From Nitrososphaerota archaeon (lineage in GTDB: Archaea; Thermoproteota; Nitrososphaeria_A; Caldarchaeales; Calditenuaceae): a stretch of 64,000 nucleotides of DNA. A program made the translations under genes and the position numbers. The notes beneath the pieces are model-generated. The model saw only the letters and a list, made by a program, of their open reading frames with translations, was not told where the DNA came from and did not search any database. The stretch is from contig JAVQSZ010000001.1 in assembly GCA_033581555.1 (NCBI GenBank), positions 128,001 to 192,000 of the forward strand. Reading direction: 5' to 3'. Of the stretch, positions 28,943 through 39,306 are shown in pieces (position 1 is the stretch's first letter; each line of letters starts with the position of its first letter).

Positions 28943-29652
28943 ATGATGGGGCCTGACTTCCGCGAGCTCACCGTGGAGGACCTCTTAGGCCAACCGCTCA
29001 ACGGATATGAGCGCAAACACGCGCCAAAGAAGCTTTACCTGACCGGGACGTTGAGGGTCCCATTCGAAGCTCCGCGAATATCAGTAGTGGGAACTAGGTC
29101 GCCGAGTCGCGTGGGGGTCACGTTCACCCGTGAGTTGGTCAAGAGGCTCGTTGAGAGGGTGATCATCGTGGTGAGCGGGCTGGCCAGGGGAATCGACACT
29201 GAGGCCCACACGACCGCAATCGAGTCCGGAGGTCAGACCGTCGCCGTGCTAGGGACACCTCTCGACAGGTTCTAACCCCCGAGAACCGAAAACTGCAGCA
29301 GCTGATCATGGAGAAACACCTAGCGGTGAGTCAGTTCCCCTTCGGCCACAAGACGCATCGCTCTGACTTCGTCAAGAGGAACAGGACGATGGCTTTGATC
29401 TCTGACGCGACGATCATCGTCGAGGCCGAAGACGGAGGAGGGACTCTGTCGCAGGGATGGGAGGCGATAAGGCTCAAGAGGCCTCTGTCTCTGGCTCCCT
29501 TCCTTCTCGAGAGGCGGGACTTGAAATGGCCCGATCGAATGCTCGACTACGGGGCTGAAGTCTTGAACCTAGAGAACATCGAGGAGATCTGCGAGACCTT
29601 GCCGCTGTATCCAACCTCCAAATATGAAGACTTGCTCGCCCTTCTGAAGTAG
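28943..29652 (+). pseudogene. dprA: DprA/SMF (SLOG superfamily) protein, frameshifted near 29273
   Basis: ISVVGTR, VSGLARGIDTEAH, VAVLGT / PENRKLQ, VSQFP, FVKRNRTMA, IIVEA. TTC TAA CCCCC GAG AAC is one base short of a continuous F-Y-x-P-E-N. Confidence 0.85.
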
Positions 29653-29657
29653 CAGGG

Positions 29658-30311
29658 TTGATTGGTGAGATTAGCAGGCTCCCGTTTGGCCCACTTTGGT
29701 CTTGGACTAACAAACCGACAGACGAAGAAGGCCACAAGGCTAAAACACTTTGCTACGCCCTCAAGAGATATCAAGTCTTCAACAAAGATTTAGATGCGAT
29801 TAAGATGGCGGTCGATAGCCTTGACTCTAGGATGGGTTCCCTTCCCTTCAGCGACTTCTTCTCTGGCGAGGTAGCCCTAGTTCCCATTCCAAGCAGTAAA
29901 CCAACGAGGCCAGACGATGTATGGGTATCCCGGGACATCTGCGATGAGATGGAAAAGAGGGGATTGGGCCTCAAGTTAGAGTTGTTAAAGCGGGCGTATC
30001 CAATTAGGAGGTCATCCCTCAGTCCTCCGGGCGAAAGACCTTCGCCTATAGAGCATTACAACTCTATGAGAGGCAGAAAGATCGAGCGAATACCCACAAG
30101 GGTCATCCTAGTGGATGACGTGATAACAAAAGGGCACACGATGCTCGGCTCTGCTTAGAGAGTCATAGAGTTATACCCTAAAGCAGACATCCGCGGATTC
30201 GCTGTCTTCAGGACAATAAGCAACACCTCGGAGTTCGTACGGATGGATGACCCGGTAAAGGGCGAAATAATTTACGATCCCGAGTTAAGAACTGCGAGGA
30301 GAATACCGTGA
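29658..30311 (+). pseudogene. Phosphoribosyltransferase-fold (ComF-like) protein with in-frame TAG at 30156-30158
   Basis: LVPIPSS and the PRPP-loop ILVDDVITKGHT; frame stays open 50 codons past the TAG (RVIELYPKADIRGFAVFRT...) to TGA at 30309-30311. Confidence 0.8.
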
Positions 30312-30312
30312 A

Positions 30313-30409
30313 TGGGGCCGGTGGGATTCGAACCCACGACCTGCGGGTGACCTCTGACCAGCGATCTGCACCTGGAGCCCGCCGCCATACCTTGCTAGGC
30401 CACGGCCCC
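30313..30409 (-). tRNA. tRNA-Trp(CCA) with 23-nt intron (30349-30371)
   Basis: Reverse complement GGGGCCG...GCGGG CT CCA G[intron]A CCCGC...GGTTCGAATCCCAC CGGCCCC A. Confidence 0.92.
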
Positions 30410-30525
30410 CTTCAGCTTTCGCGTCCCTACCTTTACTTAACCCTAGCAGGCCCGCGACCCGGGAGACCACGCCCCGTTGAGCTCGGACGATAAGCTAAAT
30501 GGGGGCGAAGAGTTGACCCGATCGG

Positions 30526-30924
30526 ATGGACTACACCGAGACGATCGACGAGATCCTCGACCACTACAGGAACCCCAGGAACTACGGTGAGCTCCCGGAC
30601 GCGACCGTGAGGGCGAAGGACTCGAACCCGCTCTGCGGCGACGTGATCGAGATGTCCCTCAAGATCGAGGGGGACAGGATCGTCGACGTGAGGTTCAGGG
30701 GGAAGGGATGCGCGATAAGCCAGGCCTCGGCCTCGATGCTCACCGATCGGCTGAAGGGCATGACCCTGGACGAAGCGAGGTCCTTGAACCGGGACTACGT
30801 CCTCGGGATGCTGGGGATTGAGCTGAGCCCCGTGAGGGTGAAGTGCGCAACTCTAAGCCTCAAGGTGCTGAAGCTGGGGATCTACTCGTACCTGGGGAGC
30901 TCCACGAAGGACCTGGAGGTCTAG
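30526..30924 (+). CDS. IscU/SufU-type Fe-S scaffold protein
   Basis: ILDHYRNPRNYG, NPLCGD, GCAISQASAS, RVKCA. Confidence 0.93.
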   Translation: MDYTETIDEILDHYRNPRNYGELPDATVRAKDSNPLCGDVIEMSLKIEGDRIVDVRFRGKGCAISQASASMLTDRLKGMTLDEARSLNRDYVLGMLGIELSPVRVKCATLSLKVLKLGIYSYLGSSTKDLEV

Positions 30925-31033
30925 GACGGGGTCCGTCGAATCCCTGCGCACACATTTCCGTATTACCGGAGTGATAGCGACCTAAAGGGCCGCTCTCAAC
31001 CCACGAATACGGCTGTAGAGAGCGCGGCCGCGA

Positions 31034-32140
31034 ATGAGCGAGCTGGAGAGGCTTGCGGCCTCGAAGGCGAGGGAGGCGGTGCTGCTCGACAGGTCTGGTT
31101 CCAAGTCCGAGGCGATCAGGAGGTACAGGGAGGCGATCGGCATGCTCAGGAAGCTGATCGAGTTGACCGAGAGCCCGATCAACCGGGAGGTCTACAGGGA
31201 GAGGATCGAGGCCTACGAGCGGAGGATTATGGAGCTCCAGGAGGGAAGGGCGGACCAGGAGCCTGGGTCTGACGGCCCGTCTCAACCGCCGAAGGCCCCG
31301 GTCCAGGACTTCAGGCCGCCCGTGAAGTGGGACGACGTCGTCGACCTCGAAGAGGCGAAGAGGGCGATTAAGGAGAGCATCGTCTACCCGGCGAGGAGGC
31401 CTGACCTCTTCCCGCTCGGGTGGCACAACGGGATCCTCCTCTTCGGACCACCTGGCTGCGGGAAGACGCTGCTAGTGGCGGCGACGGCCAACGAGATCGA
31501 CGCGAAGCTCTACGTCGTCGACTCGGCGAGCCTGATGTCGAAGTGGCTCGGCGAGAGCGAGAAGAACCTACAGAGGGTGTTCAGCTCGGCGAGGTCAGAG
31601 GCTGCGCGGGGCAGGACCGTGATCGTCTTCATCGACGAGGTCGACTGGATAACGAGCTACAGGGCCGTCGAGGTTGGGGGAGAGGCGCGGGTGAGGGCCC
31701 AGCTCCTCTCGGAGATGGACGGAATCCTCAGCAAGTTCAACAAGTCCTTCCTCTTCCTGATGGCCGCGACCAACAGGCCCTGGAGCCTCGACGAGCCGTT
31801 CGTCAGGAGGTTCCAGAAGAGGATCTACATCCCGCCGCCCGACAGGCAGGTGAGGCTGATGACCCTCCGTCACTACACGAAGCGGCTGAGGCTCGCAGCG
31901 AACGTCGACCTGGAGACGCTCGCGGACCGGCTGGAGGGCTACTCGCCCGCCGACATCTACTCGATCTGCCTCGACGCCCAGACCACCGCCCTCAGGAGGG
32001 TCTTCGAGGAGGGAGTGGAGGAGGTGCCGGAGATAACCCAGGAGGACTTCCTGGAGGCGGTGAAGAAGAGGAGGCCCTCGATATCCGCGGAGACGTTGAG
32101 ACGCTACGAGGAGTGGAATAGGGCCTACGGCGCGGTCTGA
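31034..32140 (+). CDS. cdvC: Vps4/CdvC AAA+ ATPase with N-terminal MIT domain
   Basis: MIT helices (AREAVLLD...AIRRYREAI...YRERIEAY), FPLGW, GPPGCGKT, SKWLGESEK, ATNRPWSLD. Confidence 0.9.
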   Translation: MSELERLAASKAREAVLLDRSGSKSEAIRRYREAIGMLRKLIELTESPINREVYRERIEAYERRIMELQEGRADQEPGSDGPSQPPKAPVQDFRPPVKWDDVVDLEEAKRAIKESIVYPARRPDLFPLGWHNGILLFGPPGCGKTLLVAATANEIDAKLYVVDSASLMSKWLGESEKNLQRVFSSARSEAARGRTVIVFIDEVDWITSYRAVEVGGEARVRAQLLSEMDGILSKFNKSFLFLMAATNRPWSLDEPFVRRFQKRIYIPPPDRQVRLMTLRHYTKRLRLAANVDLETLADRLEGYSPADIYSICLDAQTTALRRVFEEGVEEVPEITQEDFLEAVKKRRPSISAETLRRYEEWNRAYGAV

Positions 32141-32144
32141 CCCC

Positions 32145-32909
32145 TCAGCTGACCTCGGCGTAGGATATCTCGATCAGGCCTTTCCTCGCGAGCCCTTCCA
32201 GTGCCTCCTCCACCACGTCCCTGGGCAAGCCCGTGACGCCGCAGACCGCCTCGACGTCGAACCCCGCTTGGTCCTCGATCGAGCCGATCGCCTCGTAGAC
32301 GATCCTCTCCTTCTCCGTCATCACGGGCACCTCTGGGAAGGCCCTCCTCACCCTCTCCGCAGCGATCCTCTTGGCGTCCTCGAGGACCCTCAGGGCCTCG
32401 TCTTCAAGGGCATTGACTTGACCCGAGCTCGGAGTCGGGACGCCTGCGGAGGTCGCCGTGATGATCGTCTCGATCTCCTCCGAGAGCCTCTTCAGGTTCT
32501 CCGAGACCTCGGGCGAGACGGAGGCGACCTCGCTCGCGACCCTGGAGAGGAGCTGCCTCACCGAGACCACTAGCGCCAGCACCTCGGTCAGATCCACGAC
32601 GGTAATGAGCCGTACCTTCACCTGCTCCATCAAGAGCAGGTTGCCCATTATCACCTTGGCCAATCTCCTCAGATGCATGATCTCCTCTGCGTAGAGCTTC
32701 GCGTGCTCCTCGTCCCCGGACGAAAGGTGGTAGACGCAACGCTCGAAGTACTCCCTCGCCTTCTGCTCCAGATCGGAGTACTTCCTGTTGAGCCTCAGGA
32801 TGCTCCCGTTCAGCACCGATATCGTCCTGTTCAGGCTCGCCTCGAGCGAGGAGACCCTCTTCGGTCCGTCGGCGTGCCGACCCCATAAGGCGAACCGCAT
32901 CGGCCGCAT
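32145..32909 (-). CDS. cdvB: ESCRT-III/Snf7 protein (CdvB-like) with C-terminal winged helix
   Basis: Helical core with AKLYAEEIMHLRR...LMEQVKVRL; MIM2-like FPEVPV; wH tail VEEALEGLARKGLI. Confidence 0.8.
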   Translation of the reverse strand: MRPMRFALWGRHADGPKRVSSLEASLNRTISVLNGSILRLNRKYSDLEQKAREYFERCVYHLSSGDEEHAKLYAEEIMHLRRLAKVIMGNLLLMEQVKVRLITVVDLTEVLALVVSVRQLLSRVASEVASVSPEVSENLKRLSEEIETIITATSAGVPTPSSGQVNALEDEALRVLEDAKRIAAERVRRAFPEVPVMTEKERIVYEAIGSIEDQAGFDVEAVCGVTGLPRDVVEEALEGLARKGLIEISYAEVS

Positions 32910-33122
32910 CCAACCCTTCGGCCGGATATTAGCGATCGAGCCGCCACCTCCTCCGGCCAGCCCATGATAATCTCGGGGTAATCCTCCGCCTGCCACGCGA
33001 CTCGCGTTCAACGGTCTACGGTCACTCGACCGCTGACCCGTATCAGATGTTGACGCGACGAAAGCTAATTACCCGCAGCCGAGCTCAAAGGAGGTGGGGG
33101 GTGGTGCGGATTCATCACCATA

Positions 33123-34187
33123 TTGAGAGGGAAGGCCCCTCCTGACCCGGAGACGCTCGGGCTCTCCAGCGAAGACTTGACGAGGATGTACAGGACGATG
33201 GTCCTGACGAGGGTCCTCGACAGGTACCTGCTGAGGCTCCAGAGGATGGGGAAGGTAGCGCTCTACGCCGAGACGATCGGCGAGGAGGCGGTCGGTGTGG
33301 GGACCGGTTACGCGTTGAGGCCCGAGGACGTGTTGTTCCCGTCCTACAGGGAGCTGGGGGCCTTCCTGATGAGGGGGGTCCCGGTCTCCGAGATCCTCGA
33401 CAGGATGCTGAACACCGTCGACGACCCGCTGAAGGGCCACGAGTTCGCGATCTTCGGCGACAGGAGGTACAACATAGTGCCCGCGCCCACACCGGTCGCG
33501 ACCCAGATACCCTTGGCCGTTGGCTACGCTATGGCGTCGAAGGTCAAGGGCGAGAGGATCGTTGTGATGACGATCTTCGGGGACGGCGCGACCTCGAAGG
33601 GCGACTTCCACGAGGGCGTCAACTTCGCGAGCGTCCACAAGCCCCCCGTCGTCTTCGTCTGCAGGAACAACCAGTACGCGATCTCGACCCACGTCAGCAA
33701 GCAGACGGGCTCGAGCACCATCGCCCAGAAGGCGGTGGCCTACGGGCTCGAGGGGATCAGGGTGGACGGGAACGACGTCCTCGCAGTCTACCTGACGACG
33801 AGGGCCGTAGTCGAGAGGGTTAGGGACGGAGGTGCACCGGTTCTGATAGAGGCCCTGACCTACAGGCTGGGCGCTCACACCACCAGCGACGACCCGAAGC
33901 GTTACAGAACCGAGGAGGAGGTACAGAGGTGGGCGAAGCTCGACCCGATAGAGAGGATGAGGGGTTACCTGATCGCGAAGGGCGTGATCGACGAGGAACG
34001 GGACGTGGCGCTCAGGGCTGAGATAGAGGGACTGGTCGCGGCTGAGGTCGAGAGGGCCCTCCAGAGGCCGGGGCTCGAGCCGGCGGTGATCTTCGAAGAC
34101 GTCTACGCCTCGCCTCCCTGGACCCTGCTCGAGCAGGCGGAGGAGCTCAAGGAGCTCTCGGGCCTCCAGAAGGTGACCAAGGGATGA
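33123..34187 (+). CDS. 2-oxoacid (branched-chain/pyruvate) dehydrogenase E1 alpha
   Basis: FPSYRE, TPP motif [13 protein letters not shown]...[19 protein letters not shown]. Confidence 0.93.
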   Translation: MRGKAPPDPETLGLSSEDLTRMYRTMVLTRVLDRYLLRLQRMGKVALYAETIGEEAVGVGTGYALRPEDVLFPSYRELGAFLMRGVPVSEILDRMLNTVDDPLKGHEFAIFGDRRYNIVPAPTPVATQIPLAVGYAMASKVKGERIVVMTIFGDGATSKGDFHEGVNFASVHKPPVVFVCRNNQYAISTHVSKQTGSSTIAQKAVAYGLEGIRVDGNDVLAVYLTTRAVVERVRDGGAPVLIEALTYRLGAHTTSDDPKRYRTEEEVQRWAKLDPIERMRGYLIAKGVIDEERDVALRAEIEGLVAAEVERALQRPGLEPAVIFEDVYASPPWTLLEQAEELKELSGLQKVTKG

Positions 34188-35158
34188 CCGTGATGACTTT
34201 CGCCAAGGCGATCAACGACGCCCTCCGGCACGAGATGAAGCGGGACGAGAGGGTCGTGGTCTTGGGCGAGGACGTCGGGGTCAACGGAGGCGTCTTCAGG
34301 TGCACGGAGCACCTGCTGATGGAGTTCGGGCCCTCGAGGGTGATAGACACGCCGCTCTCCGAGTCGGCCATCATCGGGGTCGCGATAGGGATGGCGATGA
34401 ACGGCCTCAGACCGGTCGCGGAGATCCAGTTCTCCGACTTCATCTTCGGCGGCTTCGAGCAATTGGTCTCCAACCTCGCCAAGATCAGGTACAGGAACGC
34501 GGGCCACTACTTCGCACCCGTCGTGGTGAGGGCCCCTGTAGGGGGCGGAGTGAGGGGAGGCATGTACCACTCCCAGAGCCCCGAGGCCTACTTCGCCCAC
34601 ACGGCCGGCCTGAAGGTCGTGATACCCTCGACCCCCTCGGACGCGAAGGGGTTGCTTATCTCATCGATAAGGGACGAGGACCCGGTGATCTTCTTCGAGC
34701 CGAAGAGGCTCTACCACTCGCTGAGGGAGGACGTCCCCGACGGCGACTACACTGTCCCGCTCGGGAAAGCGAGGCTCGTGAGGGAGGGCGATGACGTATC
34801 CGTGATCACCTACGGCGCCACGGTCTACGACGCCCTCGAAGCGGCCGAGAGGGCGGCGAAGGAGGGGGTGAGCGTCGAGGTGCTGGACCTAAGGACGATA
34901 GTTCCCTACGACTGGGAGGCGATATCGAGGAGCGTGAGGAAGACCGGTCGACCCGTGATCGCCCACGAGGCCCAGAGGACCGCGGGCTTCGGGGCCGAGA
35001 TCGCCGCGATGATCGCAGAGAGGGAAATCTACAGCCTGGAGGCGCCCGTGCTCAGGGTGACAGGCTACGACACGCCGTTCCCGCTCGTCCACGAGCACCA
35101 CTACCTCCCGAACCCGGAGAGGATTCTCAGGGCGATAAGGAGGTCGGTCGCGTCGTGA
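34184..35158 (+). CDS. 2-oxoacid dehydrogenase E1 beta
   Basis: [40 protein letters not shown]. Confidence 0.95.
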   Translation: MTVMTFAKAINDALRHEMKRDERVVVLGEDVGVNGGVFRCTEHLLMEFGPSRVIDTPLSESAIIGVAIGMAMNGLRPVAEIQFSDFIFGGFEQLVSNLAKIRYRNAGHYFAPVVVRAPVGGGVRGGMYHSQSPEAYFAHTAGLKVVIPSTPSDAKGLLISSIRDEDPVIFFEPKRLYHSLREDVPDGDYTVPLGKARLVREGDDVSVITYGATVYDALEAAERAAKEGVSVEVLDLRTIVPYDWEAISRSVRKTGRPVIAHEAQRTAGFGAEIAAMIAEREIYSLEAPVLRVTGYDTPFPLVHEHHYLPNPERILRAIRRSVAS

Positions 35159-36333
35159 GCGCGGTCAGGGTCCTCTCCCACGACCTGCTCAGCGACGAGG
35201 AGAGGTTGGTCCTGAAGGCGGCTAGGTCCGTCGCGGGCTCCTTCGGGAGGAAGTACTGGCTGGAGAAGTGGTCGCTTGGTGAGGAGCCGAGGGAGCTCTG
35301 GAAGAGGATGAAGGATGAGGGACTCGCGGGGACCGGCGTCCCGGAGGACCTCGGGGGCTCCGGAATGGGCCTGATGGGGGCGGTGCTGGTCCAGGAGGGC
35401 TTCGCGCTGGAGGGCCTCCCGATGATCCAGTTCCTCGTGACCCACTTCGTCAGGGACATCATCCTGAAAGCTGGGACGAGGGAGCAGAAGGAGAGGTTCG
35501 TCACGCCCACCTGCGTCGACGGGAAGAGGTTGAGCTTCGCCCTGACCGAGCCCCAGGCCGGCTCGAACACCTGGAGGATCTCGACGTTCGCGAGGAGGGA
35601 GGAGCGCGGCTACGTTCTCAGGGGCCAGAAGGTCTTCATCAGCGGCGCAGGCGAGTCCGACTTCATGATGGTCGTCGCGAGGACCAAGAGGTACGAGGAG
35701 GTCAGGGACAAGCGCGACGGGATATCGATCTTCGTCGTGGAGACCGACAGCCCGAACCTCAGGCTCCAGAGGCTGAACATCGACACGAAGTCACCGGAGT
35801 GGCAGTACATGGTCTACTTCGACGACGTCGAGGTCCCACCGGAGAACCTCATCGGCAGGGAGAACGAGGGCTACCGGGCCCTCTTCCACGGCCTGAACGT
35901 CGAGAGGCTGATGATAGCCGCGATAGCCGTCGGGCTCGGGACCTATGCGCTCGCCAGGGCCGCGGAGCACGCGAGGCAGAGGGTCGTCTTCGACGTCCCC
36001 ATCGGATCCCATCAGGGCGTCCAGTTCCCGCTCGCGAGGGCCCTGATCAAGCTGGAGGCCGCCAGGTCCCTCATCTATTCAGCGGCCCGACTCTACGACA
36101 ACGACGCCGGGAGCGTCGAGCTCGCCAACGCCGCGAAGTTCATGGCTTCCGAGGCGGCCGTTGAGGCCCTGGACGCGGCGGTCCAGACCTTCGGAGGGTA
36201 CGCGTGGGACTTCGAGACCGACGTCCTCAACCTCTACCCGATCGTGAGGCTCTTCAAGACGGCGCCCGTGACCAACGAGCTGATCCTGAGCTACATCGCC
36301 ACCCACGTCCTCAGGCTCCCGAAGTCCTACTGA
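35155..36333 (+). CDS. Acyl-CoA dehydrogenase
   Basis: [44 protein letters not shown]. Confidence 0.93.
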   Translation: MSAVRVLSHDLLSDEERLVLKAARSVAGSFGRKYWLEKWSLGEEPRELWKRMKDEGLAGTGVPEDLGGSGMGLMGAVLVQEGFALEGLPMIQFLVTHFVRDIILKAGTREQKERFVTPTCVDGKRLSFALTEPQAGSNTWRISTFARREERGYVLRGQKVFISGAGESDFMMVVARTKRYEEVRDKRDGISIFVVETDSPNLRLQRLNIDTKSPEWQYMVYFDDVEVPPENLIGRENEGYRALFHGLNVERLMIAAIAVGLGTYALARAAEHARQRVVFDVPIGSHQGVQFPLARALIKLEAARSLIYSAARLYDNDAGSVELANAAKFMASEAAVEALDAAVQTFGGYAWDFETDVLNLYPIVRLFKTAPVTNELILSYIATHVLRLPKSY

Positions 36334-36388
36334 ACCCCCGACCCTCCGAGGAATCCGTTTTATAATGCCCCTGGACGCTAACCGCGAG

Positions 36389-37510
36389 ATGAGGCGAGTC
36401 CTAGTCGTGGGACTCGGCGAGTTCTCACCGAAGGCGCGCGAGACCGGTCTCGAGATCAGGGAGATGACCTTCGAGGCGGCTGAGAGGGCGTACCTGGACG
36501 CGGGCCTAAGGCCGGAGGACGTGCAAGGGATCGTCTCGTCGGGGCTCGACTTCAACGAGGGCGTCAGCATCACCGACTCCTTCACGCCCGACCAGGTCGG
36601 AGGCAGGCTGAAGTTCAACATGCTGGTCTCAGGGGACGCGCTGGAGGCAGTCTATCACGCGTTCATGATCGTGAGGTCAGGGATGCTGGACGTCGTCCTG
36701 GTCGACGGACACGCGAAGCCCTCCGAGATCGAGAACTACGGGGACGTGCTGCGGTGCTCCCTCGATCCTTACTGCTCGAGGCCCCTCGGCTTCGACCCCT
36801 ATGTGATAGCGGGCCTCGAGGCCAGAGCCTTCCTCGCGAGGACCGGGACCGACCCTGTGGCGTTCTCGAAGGTCGCCGCCAAGAACATCAACAGGGCCGC
36901 GCTGACGGGAGGGCCCTACGGCGAGAGGGTCTCACCGGAGGATCTCGAGTCGGACGGCTACCTCTATGCGCCGCTCAGGAGGAGGCACGTCGCGAGGCCT
37001 TCGGACTACGCCGGCGTGGTCCTACTCGCGGCTGAGGACGCGGTCCCCGTGCCCGAGGAGTGCGTCGAGCTGGTCGCCGTGGAGAGCGCGGGCTCCAGCT
37101 CAACCCCGCACTTCTGGCTCAGGGACTGGGGCAGGGCGAGGTGGGTCGGAGCGGCCTTGAAGAGGATCGAGTCGAGGCACGGAGCAGACCCGAGGGACGT
37201 CGACTTCGTCGAGATGACCGAGTTCTTCGCGCACCAGGAGCTCATGATAGCCTCGGAGCTCGGGATCGACCCTGGAGTCCACCTCGACGGCAGGTCGGGG
37301 CCGGTCGTCAACCCGTCGGGAGGTTGCCTGGGGAACGGGAACTCCCTTACGGCCTCTGGGATGAGGGCCTTCATCGCGTCGGTCAAGCAGCTGAGGGGGG
37401 AAGCGGGGGCGGTCCAGGTCAGGGGCGCGGAGAGCGGGCTGGTGGTCTCGACGCACTCGGAGATAGCCGAGATCGGGACGGTCGCGCTCCTCAGGAGGTC
37501 GGGAGGATGA
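36389..37510 (+). CDS. Thiolase-like protein, apparently lacking the catalytic Cys
   Basis: Thiolase fold cues (EMTFEAA..A, VAAKN, VNPSGG); the usual xACASG site reads VSGDAL. Confidence 0.8.
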   Translation: MRRVLVVGLGEFSPKARETGLEIREMTFEAAERAYLDAGLRPEDVQGIVSSGLDFNEGVSITDSFTPDQVGGRLKFNMLVSGDALEAVYHAFMIVRSGMLDVVLVDGHAKPSEIENYGDVLRCSLDPYCSRPLGFDPYVIAGLEARAFLARTGTDPVAFSKVAAKNINRAALTGGPYGERVSPEDLESDGYLYAPLRRRHVARPSDYAGVVLLAAEDAVPVPEECVELVAVESAGSSSTPHFWLRDWGRARWVGAALKRIESRHGADPRDVDFVEMTEFFAHQELMIASELGIDPGVHLDGRSGPVVNPSGGCLGNGNSLTASGMRAFIASVKQLRGEAGAVQVRGAESGLVVSTHSEIAEIGTVALLRRSGG

Positions 37511-38661
37511 GGCGGGTAGCGATAGTGGGGGCGGGGATGACCGACTTCAGGTCGATGCTCCCGCTGACCTCGCCGGAGATGATCAGGCTCGCGGTCAAGA
37601 GGTGCCTCGACGACGTCGGCGGCCTCTCGATCAGGTACGTCGACGGAGTCCTCGCGACCTCTGCTCCCGACGCCTTCGACGGGTACCACGATAAGGGCGC
37701 GATCGCGGTCGAGGCCGCGGGCGCCATCGGGAAACCCATCACGAGGGTCTTCGTCGGCGGGGGGAGCGGCGTGGCCGCGGGGGTCGCGGGCTGGTACCAC
37801 GTGGCCTCCGGAGCCTTCGACACCCTGCTGGTGGTCGCGTGGGAGAAGATGAGCCACCCGTACCCGCACGCGCAGAAGCTCTTCCAGACGATCTTCGACC
37901 CCGTCCTCGAGAAGCCCCTCGGCCCCAACCTCATCTGGATCTTCGCGCTGGAGATGATGCGGTACATGGAGGCCCACGGTCTGAAGAAGGAGCTGATCGC
38001 GGAGGTCGCGGTGAAGAACAAGAGGAACGCGCTCGACCACCCCCATGCCCAGCTAGGTGCCAGGATCACCGTCGACGACGTCCTGAACTCGGAGGTGCTA
38101 GTCTGGCCGGTGAACAGGTTGGACATCAGCCCGACTTCGGACGGCGCGGTCGCTCTCCTGCTAGCCTCCGAGGAGGTAGCGAAGAAGCTCACCGACAACC
38201 CAGTGTGGATCGAGGGCGTCGCAACCTGTCTCGACTCGCAGTTCTGGACGATGAGGGACCTCGCTTACCCGTACTACGTCTACTTGGCCGCCCAGATGGC
38301 ATACAGGATGGCGAAGATCACGTCGCCGCTCAAGGAGGTCGACGTCTGGGAGCCCTACGACCCGTTCACATACAAGGAGCTTCACCACATGGACGGGCTG
38401 CTCGGGAGGCCGGGCCTCGCGCCGAAGCTACTCGCCGAGGGGCAGATGGAGAAGGACGGTGACTGCCCTACGACTCCCTCGGGAGGTCTCCTCGGCGTGG
38501 GGAACCCGATAGCGGCTGCGGGCCTGATGAAGGTCGCCGAGCTCTACTTCCAGCTCTCGGGGAGGGCTGGGAAGAGGCAGGTGCCCGACGCGGAGGTGGG
38601 AGTGGCCCAGGCGTGGGGAGACCTGATGCAAGTCGGGACTGTGGTGGTGTGCAGGAGATGA
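37507..38661 (+). CDS. SCP2/Ltp-type thiolase-like protein lacking the nucleophile Cys
   Basis: VAVKNKRNA, SPTSDGA, EPYDPFTYKELHH, PSGGLLGVGNP; nucleophile site reads VGGGSG. Confidence 0.85.
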   Translation: MRRVAIVGAGMTDFRSMLPLTSPEMIRLAVKRCLDDVGGLSIRYVDGVLATSAPDAFDGYHDKGAIAVEAAGAIGKPITRVFVGGGSGVAAGVAGWYHVASGAFDTLLVVAWEKMSHPYPHAQKLFQTIFDPVLEKPLGPNLIWIFALEMMRYMEAHGLKKELIAEVAVKNKRNALDHPHAQLGARITVDDVLNSEVLVWPVNRLDISPTSDGAVALLLASEEVAKKLTDNPVWIEGVATCLDSQFWTMRDLAYPYYVYLAAQMAYRMAKITSPLKEVDVWEPYDPFTYKELHHMDGLLGRPGLAPKLLAEGQMEKDGDCPTTPSGGLLGVGNPIAAAGLMKVAELYFQLSGRAGKRQVPDAEVGVAQAWGDLMQVGTVVVCRR

Positions 38662-39305
38662 GCGCGAGGGTCGTGAGGTACGGACCGGAGCAGCTCGAGG
38701 GTCTCCCGGCATCGTTCGCGGGGTTCCTGAGAAGGGCGACCGAGGAGGTCGGATCGGGCAGGGAGCAGTCGTGGTCTAAGGCCGTCTCCGAGTTCAACGA
38801 GAGGGTCCCGGAGATGGCGCTCCCGGGCTTGGTCGTGCAGCCCTGGCTCTTCGACTTCAGGTACAGGAGGGCGACCGGAGAGGCGGTCGGGAGGTTCCTC
38901 GAGGGCCTTAAGGAGGGCAGGATAATCGGGACCAGGTGCGAGGGGTGCGGGAGGGTCTTCATTCCTCCGAGGTCCTTCTGCGAGCTCTGCTTCAGGCGCG
39001 TCAGGACCTATGTCGAGCACAGCGGCGAGGGCGAGGTCGCTACCTACTCGGTCGCTTACATCGGCACCAACCCGAGGGAGAGGCTCGCGAGGCCCGAGGT
39101 CGTCGCGGTGATCTGGTTCGAGGGAACGAAGGTCGTCAGGCCCAACTCGCACCACGTCTTCCACGCGGCAGGACTGATGCACAAGCTCGGCGAGGTCGAG
39201 CCCAGCGAGGTCAGGATCGGGATGAAGGTCAAGCCGGTCTGGAGGCCGAAAGAGCAGAGGAGGGGCGAGATCACCGACATATTGTACTTCGCTCCGGTGA
39301 GGTGA
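38658..39305 (+). CDS. DUF35 Zn-ribbon/OB-fold protein
   Basis: CEGC...PPRSFCELC, RIGMKVKPVW. Confidence 0.9.
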   Translation: MSARVVRYGPEQLEGLPASFAGFLRRATEEVGSGREQSWSKAVSEFNERVPEMALPGLVVQPWLFDFRYRRATGEAVGRFLEGLKEGRIIGTRCEGCGRVFIPPRSFCELCFRRVRTYVEHSGEGEVATYSVAYIGTNPRERLARPEVVAVIWFEGTKVVRPNSHHVFHAAGLMHKLGEVEPSEVRIGMKVKPVWRPKEQRRGEITDILYFAPVR

Positions 39306-39306
39306 G

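Noticed and set aside
30349-30371. C/D guide RNA within the tRNA-Trp intron, as in some euryarchaea
   Set aside because: The intron is only 23 nt and lacks C/D boxes
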